Source of the DNA: Alphaproteobacteria bacterium CG11_big_fil_rev_8_21_14_0_20_39_49 | GTDB taxonomy: Bacteria > Pseudomonadota > Alphaproteobacteria > Rickettsiales > UBA6187 | Assembly: GCA_002787635.1 (NCBI GenBank) | Contig: PCXK01000009.1 | Span: 5,770 to 69,769 of the forward strand | DNA: 64,000 bases | Reading direction: 5' to 3' | In this document: piece after piece, positions 38,574-48,936 of the stretch | How positions within the stretch are numbered: position 1 is the stretch's first letter | Layout: every line of letters starts with the position of its first letter | Notes under the pieces: model-generated | Seen by the model: the letters and a program-made list of their open reading frames with translations, nothing else | Databases searched by the model: none | What the model was told of the DNA's origin: nothing | Position numbers and translations under genes: made by a program

Positions 38574-39749
38574 TCAAGCTACGATTTTACTTGTTAGCGA
38601 TGTTGTTTTTTTATTTATCTCGTCTACCACTAATAACACGTCATCAATATTCTGTAAACTACCGGATTTTACAGAATCCATTATTGATTTTATAACGCTT
38701 ACTATATCGTTGAATCCTATATTTCCCTTTAGGAACTGCTCAACCGCCACCTCATTGGCACAGTTATATGCTATTTGCATCATGCTTCCTTCCTGCAATG
38801 CCTGTTTAGCCAGTTTTACAGCTTCAAACCTTTTATTATCAACCTCTTCAAAAGTAAGGCTCCCTATCTTTGTAAGGTCGAGCTTTTGGGTATTTATCTT
38901 AAGCCTTTGAGGCCATGCCAATGCAACACCGATAGGCGTACACATATCGGGTGCGCCAAGCTGTGCCAGTACCGAGCCGTCATGATATTCCACCATTGAA
39001 TGAATAATAGACTCAGGATGTATAACGACATCTATCTGCTCTTTTTCGACCGGAAACAGATAATACGCCTCTATTACTTCCAGCCCTTTATTCATCATAG
39101 TTGCCGAATCAACCGATATCTTGCTGCCCATATCCCAGTTAGGGTGAGCTAATGCCTGCTGAGGCGTAACCGAGGTCATCTGCTCTTTGGTATAAGTCCT
39201 GAAAGGGCCGCCTGACGCTGTAAGTATTATTTTGGAAACATTTTGCGGGTTATCAAAATCGAACACCTGATAAATGGCGTTATGCTCCGAATCAACAGGA
39301 ATAAGGGAGGCTTTATATTGCTTTACCGCATCAGTCATGATACCGCCTGCACATACGAGGCACTCTTTATTTGCAAGGGCTATTTTGCTCCCCTGTTTTA
39401 TCGCCTCCATAGTAGGCACAAGCCCTGCCACGCCTACAATCGCCGACATAACTATATCCGCTTTTATAGAGGCGGCGTTTGCTATCTCACCAAATCCTGC
39501 CAATGCTTTTATATCACTACCTGCCAGTAGTCTTTTTAAATCCCCATACAAAGATTCATCGGCTATTACCGCATATTTCGCCCTTAGTTCCCTTGCCTGT
39601 TTTGCTAAAAGCTCTACGTTTGAATTAGCCGTCAGTGCCGTCACGGAATATTTTTTATCCGACTCGCTTATTACCCTGACCGTGTTACAACCGATTGAAC
39701 CGGTAGAACCAAGTATAGTTATAGATTCAGGTGCATCATCTGATATCAT
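38574..39749 (-). CDS. dxr: 1-deoxy-D-xylulose 5-phosphate reductoisomerase
   Basis: ILGSTGSIG, LANKECLV, PVDSEHNAI and HPNWDMG. Confidence 0.95.
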   Translation of the reverse strand: MISDDAPESITILGSTGSIGCNTVRVISESDKKYSVTALTANSNVELLAKQARELRAKYAVIADESLYGDLKRLLAGSDIKALAGFGEIANAASIKADIVMSAIVGVAGLVPTMEAIKQGSKIALANKECLVCAGGIMTDAVKQYKASLIPVDSEHNAIYQVFDFDNPQNVSKIILTASGGPFRTYTKEQMTSVTPQQALAHPNWDMGSKISVDSATMMNKGLEVIEAYYLFPVEKEQIDVVIHPESIIHSMVEYHDGSVLAQLGAPDMCTPIGVALAWPQRLKINTQKLDLTKIGSLTFEEVDNKRFEAVKLAKQALQEGSMMQIAYNCANEVAVEQFLKGNIGFNDIVSVIKSIMDSVKSGSLQNIDDVLLVVDEINKKTTSLTSKIVA

Positions 39750-40471
39750 TGCAAGAAACTACCGCCATTTATTAGAACCAGAAACGCAAACACTGTCGAA
39801 ACGGTTACAAATCCGTCCATTCTGTCCATAACACCGCCATGACCGGGAATTATATTACCGCTATCTTTAACACCGAACTTACGCTTCACCCATGATTCGA
39901 AAAAGTCACCCGCCTGTGCCAGAACCGCCATCAAAGCACCGCCTATGAACATTACCGTAAAACTGTGTACGTTAAATACAAAATGGGCAATACCCCCTAT
40001 CAGTGCTGCAGCAGCCATTCCGCCAAGAAGACCCGCCCATGTTTTGTTAGGACTTATCTTCACGCATATTTTCGCCCCCCCTATCAATTTGCCTGAAAAA
40101 TACGCCGCAATATCGGTAGACCATACCAAAAGCAGCATGAAAAGCACTAGGTCCTCACCGCCTTCAACATTTCTTAGCAACAACAGGCTTGAGGCAAATA
40201 CAGAAACATACATAACACCGGTTGCCGTCCATATTTTCTGCTGTTTTTCATCAAGTTTTTTGCCGCCTTCAGGTATATTATCAACTATCCCTTTCCACTC
40301 GAACGACATTATAACCGCCATCAGTACCACCAGCGTACTGAAAAAGGCCCCTCCCTTCCATAGTATCAACAAAACCAAAGGGGCAAGAATAGCAGCCGAT
40401 ATTATACGATGTTTCAGATTTGCAGATATTTTAGGAATTTCCATAACGCCGCTCTCTTTTGGTAAAATCAT
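39746..40471 (-). CDS. cdsA: Phosphatidate cytidylyltransferase
   Basis: Multi-TM protein with C-terminal signature SWVKRKFGVKDSGNIIPGHGGVMDRMDG. Start uncertain (internal Met at 40444). Confidence 0.85.
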   Translation of the reverse strand: MILPKESGVMEIPKISANLKHRIISAAILAPLVLLILWKGGAFFSTLVVLMAVIMSFEWKGIVDNIPEGGKKLDEKQQKIWTATGVMYVSVFASSLLLLRNVEGGEDLVLFMLLLVWSTDIAAYFSGKLIGGAKICVKISPNKTWAGLLGGMAAAALIGGIAHFVFNVHSFTVMFIGGALMAVLAQAGDFFESWVKRKFGVKDSGNIIPGHGGVMDRMDGFVTVSTVFAFLVLINGGSFLQ

Positions 40472-41159
40472 TTATAACATCTACTATATGCTGCTTTTTA
40501 AGATCAGGCCACAAAACATCTATAAAAAACAACTCCGTATATGCCAACTGCCATAAAAGGAAGTTGCTAAGACGTTTTTCTCCGCTTGTTCTTATAAGCA
40601 GGTCGGGATCAGGAATGCCCGACGTATAGAGGAAGCTTTCAAAAACTTTCTCATCTACCTTGTCTTTATCAAGACCGCCTTCAATTACGTTGCTTACTAT
40701 CTTTTTAGCTGCCGACACTATTTCCTGACGACCGCCATAGCTAAGGGCTATAGTCAGGCACAACGATTTATTATCTTTTGTCAGCTCTTCTGCTTGTTGT
40801 ATTTTCGTATTTATTTTATCTGACAGAAGCGTTCTGTCACCGATAACGTTAAGTTTTATGTTTTTCTCGTTTAACTGCTTTAACTCTTTACCCAAATAAT
40901 AGTTAAGCAATTCCATCAGCCCTTCCACCTCATCTACCGGACGGCTCCAGTTCTCTGATGAAAAAGCGTATAAAGTCAGGTAGGGGACAGATTTTTCCAC
41001 ACACGCCTCTATAGCCTCCCTGACAGCTTCCGCACCTTTTTTGTGACCCGATATACGCGGCATATTACGCTGTTTTGCCCAACGACCGTTGCCGTCCATT
41101 ATTATAGCGATATGAACGGGAGGAAATTCATTTTCCATTCTTCTATCAGCCTTTATCAT
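40431..41159 (-). CDS. uppS: Undecaprenyl diphosphate synthase
   Basis: HIAIIMDGNGRWA, YAFSSENWSRP and RTSGEKRLSNFLLWQ. Confidence 0.92.
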   Translation of the reverse strand: MIKADRRMENEFPPVHIAIIMDGNGRWAKQRNMPRISGHKKGAEAVREAIEACVEKSVPYLTLYAFSSENWSRPVDEVEGLMELLNYYLGKELKQLNEKNIKLNVIGDRTLLSDKINTKIQQAEELTKDNKSLCLTIALSYGGRQEIVSAAKKIVSNVIEGGLDKDKVDEKVFESFLYTSGIPDPDLLIRTSGEKRLSNFLLWQLAYTELFFIDVLWPDLKKQHIVDVINDFTKRERRYGNS

Positions 41160-41277
41160 ATAGTTATCAGTGTTAAGTGTTGGTGTCAGTCATATTAATT
41201 ATTCTACCGCTTACAGAACATTGTGTTATTCAATATAAAACAAAAAAACCACTTAACACAAGCACTATCACTTAACA

Positions 41278-41835
41278 CTAAACAGCCATTATATCATCTT
41301 CTTTTGTGGACAAGGTATCATCGATAGTTTTAATGAAGTCATCGGTAAGCTTTTGTATTTTCTCGCCGATATCATGCTGCTCATCTTTTGATATATCGCC
41401 GTCTTTTTCCATTTTCTTAGCATTGTCCATACCGTCACGCCTTATGTTACGCACTGCCACCCTTGCTTTCTCAGCATATTGACCGGCTATTTTCACCATT
41501 TCCTTTCTTCTTTCCTCACTCAGGTCAGGAAGCGGTACTCTTATAACATTGCCGTCAGTTTGCGGATTAAGACCCAAGCCCGCATTTGAAATTGCTTTTT
41601 CAACGGCTTTAGCGTTTGATACGTCCCACACCTGTACGTTTAACAACCTTGCCTCAGGCACGCTAACCGTAGCTAGCTGGTCAAGAGGCATCTTTGAGCC
41701 ATACGCTTCAACGCTAACATGGTCAAGCAACGCCGCATTAGCCCGCCCCGTACGCAAACCCTTTAGGTCATGGTGTAATGAGCCAATCGCTCCTTCCATA
41801 CGTTTTTTCAAATCATTTATGCTTACTTGTGACAT
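41278..41835 (-). CDS. frr: Ribosome recycling factor
   Basis: 185 aa. [26 protein letters not shown]. Confidence 0.95.
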   Translation of the reverse strand: MSQVSINDLKKRMEGAIGSLHHDLKGLRTGRANAALLDHVSVEAYGSKMPLDQLATVSVPEARLLNVQVWDVSNAKAVEKAISNAGLGLNPQTDGNVIRVPLPDLSEERRKEMVKIAGQYAEKARVAVRNIRRDGMDNAKKMEKDGDISKDEQHDIGEKIQKLTDDFIKTIDDTLSTKEDDIMAV

Positions 41836-42548
41836 TATTTCTTCTCCCTGATTATTGTAAATATTCCTTCACCGGAAACGGTTTTTGCGAAAGCCCCTTT
41901 GCTATGAATAGAAAACACCAGAATCGGGATTTTATTTTCACGTGCCAATGATATGGCAGAGGCATCCATAACTTCCAGATCATTAGTCAGAACTTCCTTA
42001 TAAGTCAATACGTCATAGCGTTTGGCTTTTTTATCTTTTTTAGGGTCTGCCGAATATACTCCGTCAACCTGAGTGCCTTTAAGCATAGCATCACAGCCCA
42101 TTTCAACGGCTCGAAGTGATGCCGCCGTATCGGTTGTAAAGAACGGATTACCCGTACCCGCGGCAAATATTACCACACGCCCTTTTTCCATATGCCTTAC
42201 CGCTCTGCGTCTGATATAAGGCTCACATACCGTAGTCATCGGTATAGCAGAAAGCACCCTGCTTTGCACACCTATTCCGTCAAGAGAGTTTTGCAGTGCC
42301 AGAGCATTTATCACGGTGGCAAGCATTCCCATATAATCGGCACTTGCCCTTTCCATTCCTATTGCTGCGGCAGAAACTCCCCTATATATATTACCTCCGC
42401 CTACAACGAGGCATACCTCAATTCCCTTTTCATGCACCTGCTTTATATCGTAACATATCCTTTCAATTGTTTCCCTGTCGTGACCGTAGTTTCCTTTTCC
42501 CATCAGTGATTCACCCGATAGCTTTAATAAAACACGTTTATATTTCAT
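41835..42548 (-). CDS. pyrH: UMP kinase
   Basis: [15 protein letters not shown]..., [10 protein letters not shown]. Start taken at the internal Met (42548) rather than the track start (42665). Confidence 0.93.
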   Translation of the reverse strand: MKYKRVLLKLSGESLMGKGNYGHDRETIERICYDIKQVHEKGIEVCLVVGGGNIYRGVSAAAIGMERASADYMGMLATVINALALQNSLDGIGVQSRVLSAIPMTTVCEPYIRRRAVRHMEKGRVVIFAAGTGNPFFTTDTAASLRAVEMGCDAMLKGTQVDGVYSADPKKDKKAKRYDVLTYKEVLTNDLEVMDASAISLARENKIPILVFSIHSKGAFAKTVSGEGIFTIIREKK

Positions 42549-42665
42549 AAAATAGCCTTGAAATTCATTATTGCACAGAACAATAATACATAAGGACATA
42601 TTTGTTAAGAAAGAATTTACGCAATAAGCGGGGAGTGTTCGATAAAATATATATTTTGCCGCCAC

Positions 42666-43646
42666 TCACATATCAAGACACCATGACCAGACCTGAGCGG
42701 CAAGTCCCTGACAGACGGCAGGATCGACTACTCCGCTGCATGCATCGGTTAAGTTACCCGTACCGCCATTAGCAACTTCAACTACATCTTTGGCGGAAAT
42801 ACATATGTCAAAATCATCTATCATACCGGCATTTTCCATTATCTGCCATTTTGTACGGTATCTTACAATATCATCGAAAACGGTTGTTGCATCTTTTTGC
42901 ACGAATGTCGGCACAAAAGGGGTGGAGTTTTTTGCATTTTGCTGTTCATCAGCATCAGCAGGTGCGGTTAAAGTAGCACCGCCAAAGTTCGGCCGTGCAC
43001 CCAAACCGTTCTTACCGTGACTTATCAGAACATACACCGCCTCAGTGGTACGTTCCTCTCCCGAAGCATCTTCAACAGTTATAGTGCCTGCATCTTGATA
43101 TCTGAAACAGGCACTGTTTGCACCCGCTCCCGAATCATCACAAAGAGGATTAGTACAACTTTGACTTGCAGGACTACAGGCAGGATCACCTCCACTGCCC
43201 TCAAATTCAGAGCCGTTATGGGCGAACCTTGCATCTATAGCATAAGAAAAACGCCTTCCCCAACCATCGAACATAAACTCATCGGATATCATCAGGTCTT
43301 TGGTAGGCACACCTCCATAATAAACACTACCGCTATCATCAAAGTTGCTTTTGTCGCATTCACCGTTCACACCGTTGATTGTAGGTATATTATCTTCCCA
43401 TCCGAAATCCACATTATTTTTTGCCAGACTACCGTCTGCCGTACAAGGAAGCCTGCCGTGGCGTGCAAGATATGCGTCCATTGCATTTTCAATTTTATCC
43501 ATTTTATAATTAGTTTCTTCTATTTTGTCGGATATTGTTTTTTTGGTAGCGATAACAAGCGCCCCGCTTATGGTAAGACCTATTACGGCAAGAACCACCG
43601 ATAGCTCGACTAGTGAGAATCCAAACTGCTTGTTTTTATAATTCAT
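42666..43646 (-). CDS. Large (326 aa) prepilin-type N-terminal cleavage/methylation domain protein (pilin/pseudopilin), paralogue 1
   Basis: KQFG/FSLVELSVVLAVIGLTISGAL prepilin motif with Glu+5. Shares blocks with its neighbour: RLPC..DG, MFDGWGRRFSYAID, VYVLISHGKNGLGA, FDDIVRYRTK. Four Cys in the C-terminal roughly 45 aa. Confidence 0.7.
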   Translation of the reverse strand: MNYKNKQFGFSLVELSVVLAVIGLTISGALVIATKKTISDKIEETNYKMDKIENAMDAYLARHGRLPCTADGSLAKNNVDFGWEDNIPTINGVNGECDKSNFDDSGSVYYGGVPTKDLMISDEFMFDGWGRRFSYAIDARFAHNGSEFEGSGGDPACSPASQSCTNPLCDDSGAGANSACFRYQDAGTITVEDASGEERTTEAVYVLISHGKNGLGARPNFGGATLTAPADADEQQNAKNSTPFVPTFVQKDATTVFDDIVRYRTKWQIMENAGMIDDFDICISAKDVVEVANGGTGNLTDACSGVVDPAVCQGLAAQVWSWCLDM

Positions 43647-43660
43647 TTTACAAATCTATT

Positions 43661-44641
43661 TTACTTTAAACACCTTTTATATATCTCTACGGCAAATGAT
43701 TCGCAATCATCTTCCCCCGAAGCACCCGTACATTGATTGTTACCCGGACTATCGACTATATCACCGGAAGTGACGCATATAGGGTCAAATATTATTGCCC
43801 CTGCGTCCTTAACCAAAACATGCTTTTCTTTATACCGTAGGATATCGTCAAAATATATCCTTGCTGCATCTGCTGCGGCTTTATTATCCACTCTTACATA
43901 TTCCCTTACGATATAATCCGCATCATGCGTTCCCTCAACTCCCGCATTTGAAAGATGCGAGTTATTTATCTCATCGGCAGATGCAGTCGGATCTCTGTAA
44001 GGATTGCCTGTCGGAAAGCCGTTCAACCTTGTTGCACTACCGTTCTTGGTAAAAGCACCATGCCCGTTTTCACCATGACTTATTAGGGTGTATACGGCAT
44101 TTGTGGTTATGTTGCGTCCCGATGACTGATTTATATTTATGGTCGGGTCGTCACTCATTACAAAGCATCCGGTACTTGGGTCGGGGCAAGATGTATTGGT
44201 TACTTCATTATTGGCATATTTTCTGTCTACTACATATGTGAACCTTCTTCCCCAGCCATCGAACATAAAATCATCAGGTAGTTGCAAAGTATCAACAGGA
44301 ACGACACCTATATTATTCCATGTGCCGGATGTGAAGTTTGCGTTAGGGCAAGTGGCGGGAGTTGCAGAAGGTCCCACGACTCCCTCTTGACCGAATGTCG
44401 CGTTTGCAATGGTAGTAGCACCGTTTGCAGGGCATGGAAGCCTGTGGTTCAAGGATACATATCCTGCCAATGCTTCTTCTATCCTGTTTAATTTAGCTTC
44501 GGTTTCGTTTTTTTTGACATCAAAATCATTTGTGATTGCTACGGACATGGCACTACTTACTATCATGCCTATAATAGCAAGTGATACACCCAACTCTACA
44601 AGAGAGAAACCTTTACTACGGTATTTGTCCGATAATCTCAT
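43661..44641 (-). CDS. Large (326 aa) prepilin-type N-terminal cleavage/methylation domain protein (pilin/pseudopilin), paralogue 2
   Basis: SKG/FSLVELGVSLAIIGMIVSSAM. Shared blocks RLPCPANG, MFDGWGRRFTYVVD, VYTLISHGENGHGA, FDDILRYKEK. Four C-terminal Cys. Confidence 0.7.
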   Translation of the reverse strand: MRLSDKYRSKGFSLVELGVSLAIIGMIVSSAMSVAITNDFDVKKNETEAKLNRIEEALAGYVSLNHRLPCPANGATTIANATFGQEGVVGPSATPATCPNANFTSGTWNNIGVVPVDTLQLPDDFMFDGWGRRFTYVVDRKYANNEVTNTSCPDPSTGCFVMSDDPTININQSSGRNITTNAVYTLISHGENGHGAFTKNGSATRLNGFPTGNPYRDPTASADEINNSHLSNAGVEGTHDADYIVREYVRVDNKAAADAARIYFDDILRYKEKHVLVKDAGAIIFDPICVTSGDIVDSPGNNQCTGASGEDDCESFAVEIYKRCLK

Positions 44642-45019
44642 AGTTCAACCCTATGTTCAAGACTTACATTGTAACACATTTTTTGCAAAAAGTTAAATAT
44701 TCTCTGTAACATAATTAGTTGCAACAATTTCCTCATTATGAAAGTAATGTAAATTTGAATTTACGCATGCTGTCATATTTATATTAATTTCAAAGTTACT
44801 ATATAGTTTTCAACACCTTTTAATAATCATTGAAAAGTTCAAACATTATACATATAAAATTTTACTATAAAACGTAAAGTGCAAAAACACTCTAGCACAA
44901 GCAACTTGCACTTGAACAGAAAAAATAATATTCAATATATTTATTTAATTGAAACAGTGAGCATCGGTTATTTTTGTCGTGGGCGGGAATTTAAACAATC
45001 ACTAATTATATAAGGCGAA

Positions 45020-45751
45020 ATGGAAATTATTGATAATCGGCAACTTGGTACAGCTTTTGCCTTTATATTCGGTTTATTGTTCGGCAGCTTTGCCACTATG
45101 GCAAGCCATAGGATACCGCTTGGTGAAGAGTTAATATTCACACCGTCACATTGCCCAAAATGCAACCACAAATTAGGCATAGTCGACCTGTTACCTGTTT
45201 TTTCGTGGCTTTTCAACAAAGGAAAGTGCCATTATTGCCGATCAAAGGTTCACTGGAGATATCCGGCGATAGAATTGGTTATGGGGTCTTTATTTGCGGC
45301 TTTTTATTGGAAGAGCGGTTTTACAACTCAAACTCTGTCACTGACATTAATGACGGTTTGTATTGTAATTTCACTTGTTATACTGCTTGAGAAAAAACAG
45401 ATATCAAATCAGGTACTAGGCTGCATGATACCTGCGGCTATTTTATATAAATACTCCGTAGTATCTGACATCGCAGGCTACCTTATATTACCCGTCTTCG
45501 CCTTTATTATAATAAAAGCGGTAAATTTATTAGCCGCCCCCTTGAAAAAAGGAACTATTTTTCCAAATGAGGCGGCAAATCTTGTTTTTGTAATTTTCCT
45601 ATTTGTTAACCTCAACAGTTATATAGGATATTTAACTTTATTATCGGGGCTGTTTTTTATGGTTTTTTTCACTTTTGGAAAAAAAATATTTACTTTATCT
45701 ATATATTTTTCCTTGTTCACATCACTATTATTATATCATTTATCAATCTAA
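45020..45751 (+). CDS. Prepilin peptidase (A24/PilD family) homologue, apparently lacking both catalytic aspartates
   Basis: The N-terminal region is canonical (GSFATMASHRIP, CPKCNHKLGIVDLLPVFSWLFNKGKCHYCRSKVHWRYPAIEL). By-eye alignment to P. aeruginosa PilD puts SLVILLEKKQISNQ against SLIDADHQLLPD, and KKGTIFPNEAANL against KEGMGYGDFKLL. Confidence 0.65.
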   Translation: MEIIDNRQLGTAFAFIFGLLFGSFATMASHRIPLGEELIFTPSHCPKCNHKLGIVDLLPVFSWLFNKGKCHYCRSKVHWRYPAIELVMGSLFAAFYWKSGFTTQTLSLTLMTVCIVISLVILLEKKQISNQVLGCMIPAAILYKYSVVSDIAGYLILPVFAFIIIKAVNLLAAPLKKGTIFPNEAANLVFVIFLFVNLNSYIGYLTLLSGLFFMVFFTFGKKIFTLSIYFSLFTSLLLYHLSI

Positions 45752-46094
45752 AATTTTTGAGCAAGACACGAAATTAATGCGTTTTTGAAGCAAAAACGTT
45801 ACCGAACCGCCGCCTTTTGTCACAAAGTAGCTACAGCAGTCTAAGTAGCTAATAATTAATAAATTTTTAATAAAAAATAGCTATAATTTTATATTACAAG
45901 TTAACTATTTATTAACCTAATTAACGTATAAATAGAATTTAGAGGTAATGTTTCTTTTTGACACAAGGTATAATTATTAGAAAAATTTTGTGCAAAACAA
46001 GTAGAAACTAACCGATAAAAATAATTTAAGGAAACTGTAATAGGTAAATAATAAGGGTAGAAAGCATCAAAATTGCGTTCATAAGGTATTGAAG

Positions 46095-47939
46095 ATGAAA
46101 TTTTTAAGTAAAAAATTAATTACATTCACCAAAGCAACAGTTTATTTTTCTGCGTTTTGCATGGTTACATCGTGCATTCCTATGACGAAAATAACTCAGG
46201 CAGAGATAGACCGAGTCAATAACGAGATAATCGATCCCGAACTGGGGCTTAGCCGTCAGCAGCTTAAAGACTCATTGAAGCCTTCGCAGGTAAGAGACAC
46301 TAATAATGACCGTGACGATCGCAATAATCGTGCAAGGAATCTTAATGCAAGACATAACTATGAAGGCTCAAAAAATGATAATGACTACGGTTACAATGCA
46401 AATGGCTATACGGAGCCGGCTATACCCGAAGCATCTAATATATTAACCACTCCTATACCTTCATCCGTAATGAACGACAAACTTATATCGATTTCAGTTA
46501 CCGATGACATACCTTTAAAAGATGTGCTTATAGAATTATCACGCCTTGCCGACGTGGATATGGAGATAGACCCGAGAATAGACGGCGGTATCATATTGAG
46601 AGTGAAAGACAAACCGTTCAACACTGTAATTGATAAGGTTTCCGCCCTTGGAGGTTTAAGGTACAGTGTTAAAGACGGAATAATGAGAGTTGAAAGGGAC
46701 ACTCCGTATAAAATGGATTATGAGGTAGACTTCCTTAATATGACAAGAACCTCTGAAAGCAGTATAAGCGTTGACACTCAAGGTTTGGGCGGTTCTGAAT
46801 CAGATCTACCTTCGGGTTCTGCAAGCAGCACTACCCAGTCATCCGAGGCTGATGTTTGGACATCTATTGAGGAGACCGTAACCAACATATTAAATTTCAC
46901 TCAGCAAACCAATATACTATCTACCGCCAGATTTGAAGATACCACAGCAGCGGCATCTAACGGTTCGGCTTCTTTACAATTGAACAGACAGGCAGGTGTA
47001 ATCTCTGTTATTGCGACTAACAAGCAGCATGAAAGTATTAAGGATTATTTAGAAAAAGTTCGTAAACAAGTATCTACGCAAGTTTTAATTGAGGCAAAAG
47101 TTGTTGAGGTAACTCTTGACGAACAGTATCGTAGCGGTGTTGACTGGAGTTACCTGAGCAGCGAGAACAGTGCACTTTCTATAACAGGAAACTTTGATGC
47201 TGCTATAAGCAATACTGCCGACTTCTTCACGATAAGTGCATCACACACCGGAGCATCCAGCTTAACCAATGCTATAAGCTTTACCGAACAATTCGGCGTA
47301 ACAAGGACTTTATCCAGCCCAAGGTTAAATGCGATGAATAATCAGCAGGCGGTATTGAGCTTCGCCGAAAATCTAGTGTATTTCACTATTGAAGCTCAGG
47401 AAGAAGAAGAAGATGACGGTGCAGGCGGAACAAGCACGACCCTTACTATTGATTCCCAATCAAACACAATACCGGTAGGGGTTATACTTACATTGCAACC
47501 GTCTATCAATTTAGAAACTAATGAAATTACTATGCATGTTCGTCCTACTCTTTCAAGGATAACCGATACCGTGTCAGACCCCGGTGTAGCTATCATTGCG
47601 GCTCGTAACAACGTACCTTCTATTCAAAGCAATATTCCGATAGTGGAGATAAGGGAGTTGGATTCCGTATTGAAGATAAAAAGCGGTGAAATAATGGTTA
47701 TAGGCGGTCTGATGCAGGATATACAAAGCAGCGAGGATAAAGGCGTACCTTACATGAACAGGGCTCCTATAATCGGCAATCTGTTCAAAAGCAAGGTTCA
47801 AACTACCAGTACTGTTGAAACCGTAATATTTATAAAAGCTACGATAATCCAAAATAACGATACCCGTAGCATACATAAAGACGATAAAAATTATTACAAC
47901 ACGTTCGTTCCTAGGGATTCTCGTCCGCTGGCATTCTAA
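46095..47939 (+). CDS. Secretin (GspD/PilQ superfamily; lipoprotein, MshL-like)
   Basis: Possible lipobox MVTSC. Secretin core VLIEAKVVEVTLDEQYRSGVDW ... LDSVLKIKSGEIMVIGGLMQD...GVPYMNRAPIIGNLFKSK...ETVIFIKATII. The track start is TTG 46089; an ATG lies at 46095. Confidence 0.85.
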   Translation: MKFLSKKLITFTKATVYFSAFCMVTSCIPMTKITQAEIDRVNNEIIDPELGLSRQQLKDSLKPSQVRDTNNDRDDRNNRARNLNARHNYEGSKNDNDYGYNANGYTEPAIPEASNILTTPIPSSVMNDKLISISVTDDIPLKDVLIELSRLADVDMEIDPRIDGGIILRVKDKPFNTVIDKVSALGGLRYSVKDGIMRVERDTPYKMDYEVDFLNMTRTSESSISVDTQGLGGSESDLPSGSASSTTQSSEADVWTSIEETVTNILNFTQQTNILSTARFEDTTAAASNGSASLQLNRQAGVISVIATNKQHESIKDYLEKVRKQVSTQVLIEAKVVEVTLDEQYRSGVDWSYLSSENSALSITGNFDAAISNTADFFTISASHTGASSLTNAISFTEQFGVTRTLSSPRLNAMNNQQAVLSFAENLVYFTIEAQEEEEDDGAGGTSTTLTIDSQSNTIPVGVILTLQPSINLETNEITMHVRPTLSRITDTVSDPGVAIIAARNNVPSIQSNIPIVEIRELDSVLKIKSGEIMVIGGLMQDIQSSEDKGVPYMNRAPIIGNLFKSKVQTTSTVETVIFIKATIIQNNDTRSIHKDDKNYYNTFVPRDSRPLAF

Positions 47940-48019
47940 ATAAAATTGACAATTTACTAATATAATCAAGAATATAATTCCAACTTATATTAGTAAATTT
48001 GTCGTCTTTGAACACTACC

Positions 48020-48051
48020 AAATGCAATTCTCAATTAAGAATTGCATTTTT
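48020..48051 (+). terminator. Rho-independent terminator downstream of the secretin gene
   Basis: aaatgcaattc-tcaattaa-gaattgcattt followed by Ts. A longer AT-rich hairpin precedes it at 47948-48003 (gacaatttactaatataa / ttatattagtaaatttgtc). Confidence 0.55.
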
Positions 48052-48105
48052 ACATATACTAACTATTATTACGCAAGATAAGTAATCATAATTAGTGGTA
48101 ATCTG

Positions 48106-48909
48106 ATGAAAACTATAATTAAGTACACAATCCTTACCGCATCTAGGGATTTGTTGTTTATAGGTCTATGTGCCATAATTTTCATGGCATATGGTTTTTC
48201 CGTATTTGTAGGTAACACGGCTTTGGTAGAACAAGGGCAGATGTCTATGGCATATTTTGCCGGTTCAAGCCGTATAATCATAGTTACCGGTCTGATAGTG
48301 TTTGTGTGTTTCCATGTCCGCAGGTCGTTTGATAACCGTGAGGTAGAGTCTATATTGTCCAAGCCTATCTCAAGGAGCCGTTTTGTTATAGCATACTGGC
48401 TCGGTTTTTGTTTCCTTGCGTTTGTTTCTATAGTTCCCATCATACTTATAATCGGTATTTTCTTTATGCCCGGTCTTATAAGTATGAATTTAGTTTCCCC
48501 TTCCGAACACTGGCTGGGGCTTTTGGCGTGGTCAGGCAGTCTTGTAATGGAAGTATCCATAATAGTCGCTTTTGCGATGCTTGCCTCTCTTATCATGAAA
48601 AGTGCGGTTAGTTCGGTATTATCAAGTTTTTCGTTTTATCTGATATCACGCCTGATGGGTTTTTTCATAGCTACTATGGACGCTCCGGGTGCTATGATGG
48701 GTGGCGGTAAATACGGACATGTGCTTGAGTTCATCCTGGAAAAAGTAGCATACATCTTGCCGAGGCTTGATCTTTTTGCAAAAAGCAAATGGATAATATA
48801 CGGGGTATCGGGTCAAGAAGATTTGTGGGTATTCCCTGTTCAATCAATAGTATTCATATTGCTTTTATTATCTGTTTCAGTGTACGATTTTAAAAGAAAG
48901 CAGTTTTAA
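48106..48909 (+). CDS. Integral membrane protein (ABC-2-type permease-like topology)
   Basis: 267 aa with about 6 hydrophobic helices. No ATPase partner is in the window, so the family assignment is weak. Confidence 0.4.
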   Translation: MKTIIKYTILTASRDLLFIGLCAIIFMAYGFSVFVGNTALVEQGQMSMAYFAGSSRIIIVTGLIVFVCFHVRRSFDNREVESILSKPISRSRFVIAYWLGFCFLAFVSIVPIILIIGIFFMPGLISMNLVSPSEHWLGLLAWSGSLVMEVSIIVAFAMLASLIMKSAVSSVLSSFSFYLISRLMGFFIATMDAPGAMMGGGKYGHVLEFILEKVAYILPRLDLFAKSKWIIYGVSGQEDLWVFPVQSIVFILLLLSVSVYDFKRKQF

Positions 48910-48936
48910 TAAAAGGTTTGATATAGGTAGATCAAA

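Noticed and set aside
45958-45974. TTGACA ... TATAAT hexamers upstream of the secretin gene
   Set aside because: The two consensus hexamers are only 5 nt apart (ttgaca-caagg-tataat) instead of about 17. They cannot act together as a sigma-70 promoter.
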